A stretch of 64,000 bases of DNA, from positions 1-64,000 of the forward strand of contig MCFE01000003.1 in assembly GCA_002104905.1 (NCBI GenBank), in the 5' to 3' direction. The position numbers and the translations under genes were made by a program. The notes under the pieces were generated by a model, which saw only the letters and a list, made by a program, of their open reading frames with translations, did not search any database and was not told the origin of the DNA. Positions within the stretch are counted from its first letter, which is position 1, and every line of letters begins with the position of its first letter. This DNA comes from Basidiobolus meristosporus CBS 931.73. Taxonomy: Eukaryota; Fungi; Basidiobolomycota. Below, piece after piece: positions 59,471-64,000 of the stretch.

Positions 59471-59966
59471 TCTTGTAGAGATGTTCCTAGCAATCCCCAC
59501 TTTGTGGCAATCTAATGATTGGTGTGCTTGATAGAAGTACTTTTCGATCCAATAAATGTTTGTATCACTATAGATCAGAACGTATACAGATTCAACTAGG
59601 ATTTAACTATTGCTATCTAGATTAATGCAACAAGCATGCGTTCAACTCACTCTAAAAATCGCCTTTTACCCGTCTATTGAGTACAAAAGCCACACTGGCG
59701 TTTAACCACAGTCAACCTTCGACCTATCATATCCTTTTCATAGAATACTCAATAGAGTCGCGGTGGATGTAACACTAGTTACCCTCGGTGGTATGGTTAC
59801 AACTTGACCTAATTGTCAATAACTGGCTAGAGTATCTTGATCAATTCCTGTTCTGGAAGCTATATAAAGCAATCAAGTTCTATGCAAATACCGATACTAG
59901 TACTCCAATATCGAATCGTATGTAGATTTGTTAGATCCAATACAGCAACTATCCCTGCCCCAAGAT

Positions 59967-61622
59967 ATGTTCCTTTTTCTCTTGAATCACGCACACCTCT
60001 GGAAAGTACTGTATGTGATATTACTCTTGGTATGGCAAGTTCAAGCGCAAGATAAATACATTGTCGTTCTTAAGAAAGCTTCACCTTTGGGAAATTCTAC
60101 TACCACTGGACAATATAAAGCCCACAATATCACCGAACTACTAGGTGAGCAGCAGAGTATTGGAGACTTCAGATGGCTCCAAGGTGAATTCACCGAAGAC
60201 GCACTGTCGCAATTGAGAGACAATCCGGAGATCGAGTACATTCTGCCGGACATATTGGTCCACACGTGCGACATACAAACAAACCCTCCAAGCTGGGTAG
60301 CGGATTATTTTCCCCTGTTTCGTTAGTTCTTCTAATTTATCTTTTGGCGCTTTTAGGGCATTGATCGCATCGACCAGGTTGAGGGGACCGATAAGAAGTA
60401 CCACTATCCCAAGTCGGCAGGCGAAGGTGTTACCATCTATCTAATTGATACGTAAGTGTTCTCGCCCAGTTGGTGAACCAGCCTAGGTTTTAAACCATAT
60501 TCCTTGGCAGCGGTGTCAATATAAATCACACCGAATTCGACGGCCGTGCAGCCTGGGGACCTACGCTAAATGGTGATATTGATGGCTCTGACACAAATGG
60601 ACATGGGACTTTTGTAGCAGGTGTGGCTATAGGTATGTGTTTGGTACCTTTTATCCACTTACATAAAGTTAAATTGGCGTTCTAGGTCGTAATTTTGGAG
60701 TTGCCAAACATGCCAACTTAGTATCCATCAAAGCGATAGGCTCCAATGGCTCTGGGAGGTTGAGCGATGTTCTTAGGGGAGTTCATTGGGTAGTGGGAGA
60801 GCATCAAAGGAAGGTTGGTCAAAAAAGTATCATCAAGTACGCACCAATTGCATTTTGATGTCTGGAGAAATTTGCTAATATGTCCTGATAGTCTGTCATT
60901 AAGTGCAAAGTTTAATCAAGCCGCAAACGACGTGATCGAAGCCGCCATTAGTTTGGGAATCCACTTTGTCGTTGCAGGTAAGTATTGAACGTTTGATATA
61001 GTAGTCATAATCCGTTGTCCTAACCTTCCTAACCAGCGGGGAATGCTGGTGAAGATGCATGTGCCTATTCACCTGCGTCGGTGAAAGGTGCTATCGTTGT
61101 TGGAGCACTTGATAAGAAAGACCAGATTCCGAGTTTTTCCAACATTGGGTCATGTATTAAAATGTATGTGTTAGCATTCACTAGTATTTGGATAAACCCA
61201 AACTAACTCGCTAAGTAAGATATGCTCCAGGTGTAGATATTCGTTCAGCATGGAACACAAGTAATACTTCTACTTATCAACTCTCGGGAACCTCTATGGC
61301 CACCCCACATGTAAGTCAATTCACTCACAGGGCTTCAATAGTATGACTGACGTCCTTCTAGGTGTCGGGTGCAATGGCGCTTATCCTAAGTGAACAAAAC
61401 ATTGATCCACCAACGATGATTTCACTCTTAAGTAATCAAAGCCTGCGAACCGTGACATCAACGCAGGTAGATGCTGCCCAAGTCACAAAAAATTCTCTGG
61501 ATAGGCCTATACTTTACCTTGGCTCACACATAACTCACGAATCAAACACTCCACGAATGTCACCTATGCATTGGTGGTCATTGATTGTGGTCGTCATGTT
61601 CACCGTTGCTAAAAAAGCATAA
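59967..61622 (+). CDS. Subtilisin-like serine protease (S8A, proteinase K type) with I9 prodomain and hydrophobic C-terminus, multi-exon
   Basis: Signal peptide; YIVVLK prodomain; PSWGIDRIDQ; YLIDTG (Asp); NGHGTFVAG (His); AAGN; SGTSMATPHVSG (Ser); C-terminal WWSLIVVVMFTVAKKA. Confidence 0.93.
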
Positions 61623-62059
61623 GTACTTGTGGAGCTACCAAAATCGCATAAAAGATAAGCATAAATATTACCAAGTCTAAAAGTGGTATAATTGAAACCA
61701 AAAATGTATAGACTTGCAATCACCCCACACCAACTTAGTGTGCCTAGTCTGTGTTTGGCATGTCGATTTGCCACTAGATTTGCTGCTAGATTTGCATCTG
61801 GATTCCCAACTAGATGAGGACGATAATCAGCCATGTAACCTTCGGCGCCAATTTTTCCAGGACCGAGGGAGAATATAAACCTGTGTACATTTCACATTAA
61901 ATGTGGGACTTCCAGTATAGTGAGCCGCGTCTCTACAATTAAATGTACAATAAGAATGTTATTTACAAAACATATGAATTTGGTGTTCACAACTACAAGA
62001 AGGTAGGGGTATAAATGTCCGCTAATAGAGATCCATTATAAAATACAAACGAAATCCTT

Positions 62060-64000
62060 TCAAGACCGCTTTCGTTGGTTTTGGTAAGCAGAGGAATCTG
62101 GTGATCGAGTAATTACTTCAGTGATTACTTCATCGATGCTTGTTTCTGATGACAGAGGCCTAGAGCTGGGCTGGGAATCACCGTCCTGCGGCATAGAAAT
62201 TGGTGTCAAGTCTTTCAGTGGATTGCCTCCACCCATTCGGGTAAATTCAGTGTGTGCAACCTTTCTTTTGAGTAGCCTTAAGGTCTCCAAAAGTAAGTTA
62301 CAATAGTTACCACAGTTTTTCCAAAGCAGGCTCAAATGTCTCAACACCCTTACTAAGAATTTGAAGCATGTTAGTGATCTTTGAGACTGCTCAGAATTTT
62401 TAGATCTAGCGCCATGCAGATAGAAAACTGCGGCACTATACACCGAACAACCAAAGAAAGGATGTATTCGAATTGGAGGCACCTCCTTGATACCGTTAAC
62501 GACCGCAAGAATATACTTTGCCGCCACAAAGGATTCCCTTAAGGCTGGGCCGAAATACTGGGACTTGACGTTGTAAGCCATCTCTTGGCCGGGAACACGC
62601 ATCTTTGTGGAGAGCAGCTTAATTGTGACTGCGTGCTTCAGTGAAATTATAAACGAACTGAATAAATATGCATCGCTCTTCTGGGTATGCTTCTCAGGTG
62701 TAAGACGTAAATCTTGCGGTAGAAATGTCTCCCAATTCTCTACAGCAGTACTGAGTACTGAAAATTCTCTCAGTTGCATCTCCTCTGACAAAAGGTCCAC
62801 TTCGTCGTAATATTTGTTCACTCTCGCAAAAATTATTGAAAGCGTGATCAGAGAAGAAAATTGGTTCAATTGGAACTCGTCTTCCACGCTAAATACCGGC
62901 AAACCATTGATTAGCTTCAAACGTGGATTTTGTGCTGGCATTCCGTTCTCCCAATTCGAGCATTCTACCGGCAATGATAAAGCAACATCGGCTATGTTGA
63001 CAGTTACGGGATATTTCCCCTCCGCTGAGAGAATGTGATCTAAAGTGCAGCAGTACCACCAAGCTCTTCTTTTTGTCTCAACATCAACCCACGTTTGCTG
63101 AGTCCATGTTTTCCGAGTAGTTCGAGTACTCATCCATTCTATGAATCTTCATAAGCTGGCTCAGCCTATAAAAGAGTTAGATCTCAAGCCACAGTACGCA
63201 AGACTCAACCAGAGAAGGGGAATATTTTGACTGACCTAATGGCTATACCTATTTTGTAAATGGTTATTATTGTAGTTACTTGTGGGAGAAAATTACCCAA
63301 CATACCAATGTAGATATAAGATCGATTCTGACGTCCACATGAGATCTCATACAGACTCATTATCAAAAGCGACTGTAAAACCTCAATGGATGCGTCATCG
63401 CAGGAAGACAGTATATTGTCCTCAAAGTATTGAGAGTGAGTGGAATCCGGGTTCTCCTCGACATATCTTGAGGCAAGAGCGCAGACACTACTCAGCAGAA
63501 GTCTATGTACACTTCCCTGATGGTAATTCATCAGGAAGTTCGTTTTGTGTATTATTGGAATATGAATATAGATGTGATCGAAGAAGGCCGATATCAGCAT
63601 GCTTTCGGAGTCAGCATTCGTGAGAGCGCCGTCGGAATATGAAAATTCGCTAGGAGAGTAGGGGGAAGGAGTCAGCTGAGTAGTGGAACTAGAGTCTGGA
63701 CTTGACAATAAGCTGATAGGGTTCTGCATGTCAGTATCGTGTTCAGTTTCAGAAAGAAGCGAGGGATTATCCGGGATGGGAAAGCCATTTGATGGATTGC
63801 AAGTACGGATGAATTGATCGTCAGTTAATCCGCCATTCTCCTCCATACCCTCGCTAGCTTGGGAGGAAGTTACCTCAAATATTTTGCCTCCATCCATTTT
63901 CAATACTGTCTGTTGAAAGTTCCCCGACACGCCCGAAAGAAACCCAAAAGCGTCTGTCATACTCTGCCGTGGTCCTCTGCGCTTAGTCCCCGTTAAGAAC
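62060..64000 (-). CDS. Fungal-specific transcription factor (Zn2Cys6 family middle homology region), 5' end beyond the window
   Basis: FFDHIYIHIPIIHKTNF, LLSSVCALASRY, IEVLQSLLIMSLYE, ETKRRAWWYCCTLD (Fungal_trans domain). The Zn cluster itself is not in the window. Confidence 0.85.

Overview
Eukaryotic genomic DNA from an intron-rich, early-diverging (zygomycete-grade) fungus. Short GT-AG introns with CTAAC-type branch points, fungal housekeeping genes and an L-LDH support this. Basidiobolus-like is only my guess. The first ~20 kb is an accessory, decaying zone: a partial alcohol dehydrogenase, two CpG-free non-LTR retrotransposon fragments, an intact L-lactate dehydrogenase, a duplicated LDH-AEC transporter block with reciprocal decay, and pseudogenes of a class 3 lipase, a sugar porter, a yeast DDI2/3-like cyanamide hydratase and an SDR. 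This zone also holds an apparently intact multi-exon STRA6 (vitamin A/RBP receptor)-like gene with a signal peptide, an extra ectodomain and a conserved calmodulin-binding-like tail. The remaining ~44 kb is gene-dense core genome: OCA-family pseudophosphatase, SR/RRM protein, ATS1-like, AGX1, WDR62/MAPKBP1-like, LysM protein, BFR1, RIB4, STH1/SNF2, RPS15, RCC1, RPL26, ALE1, sulfotransferase-like, MARVEL-like, exonuclease-RRM, TAD3, subtilisin and a fungal transcription factor. Embedded in it are two intronless bacterial-type GH46 chitosanases and a gene encoding about 19 copies of a 20-aa charge-blocked Tyr/Arg/Gly repeat. All family assignments come from motif recognition by eye; no database search was run, and exon boundaries were inferred manually.
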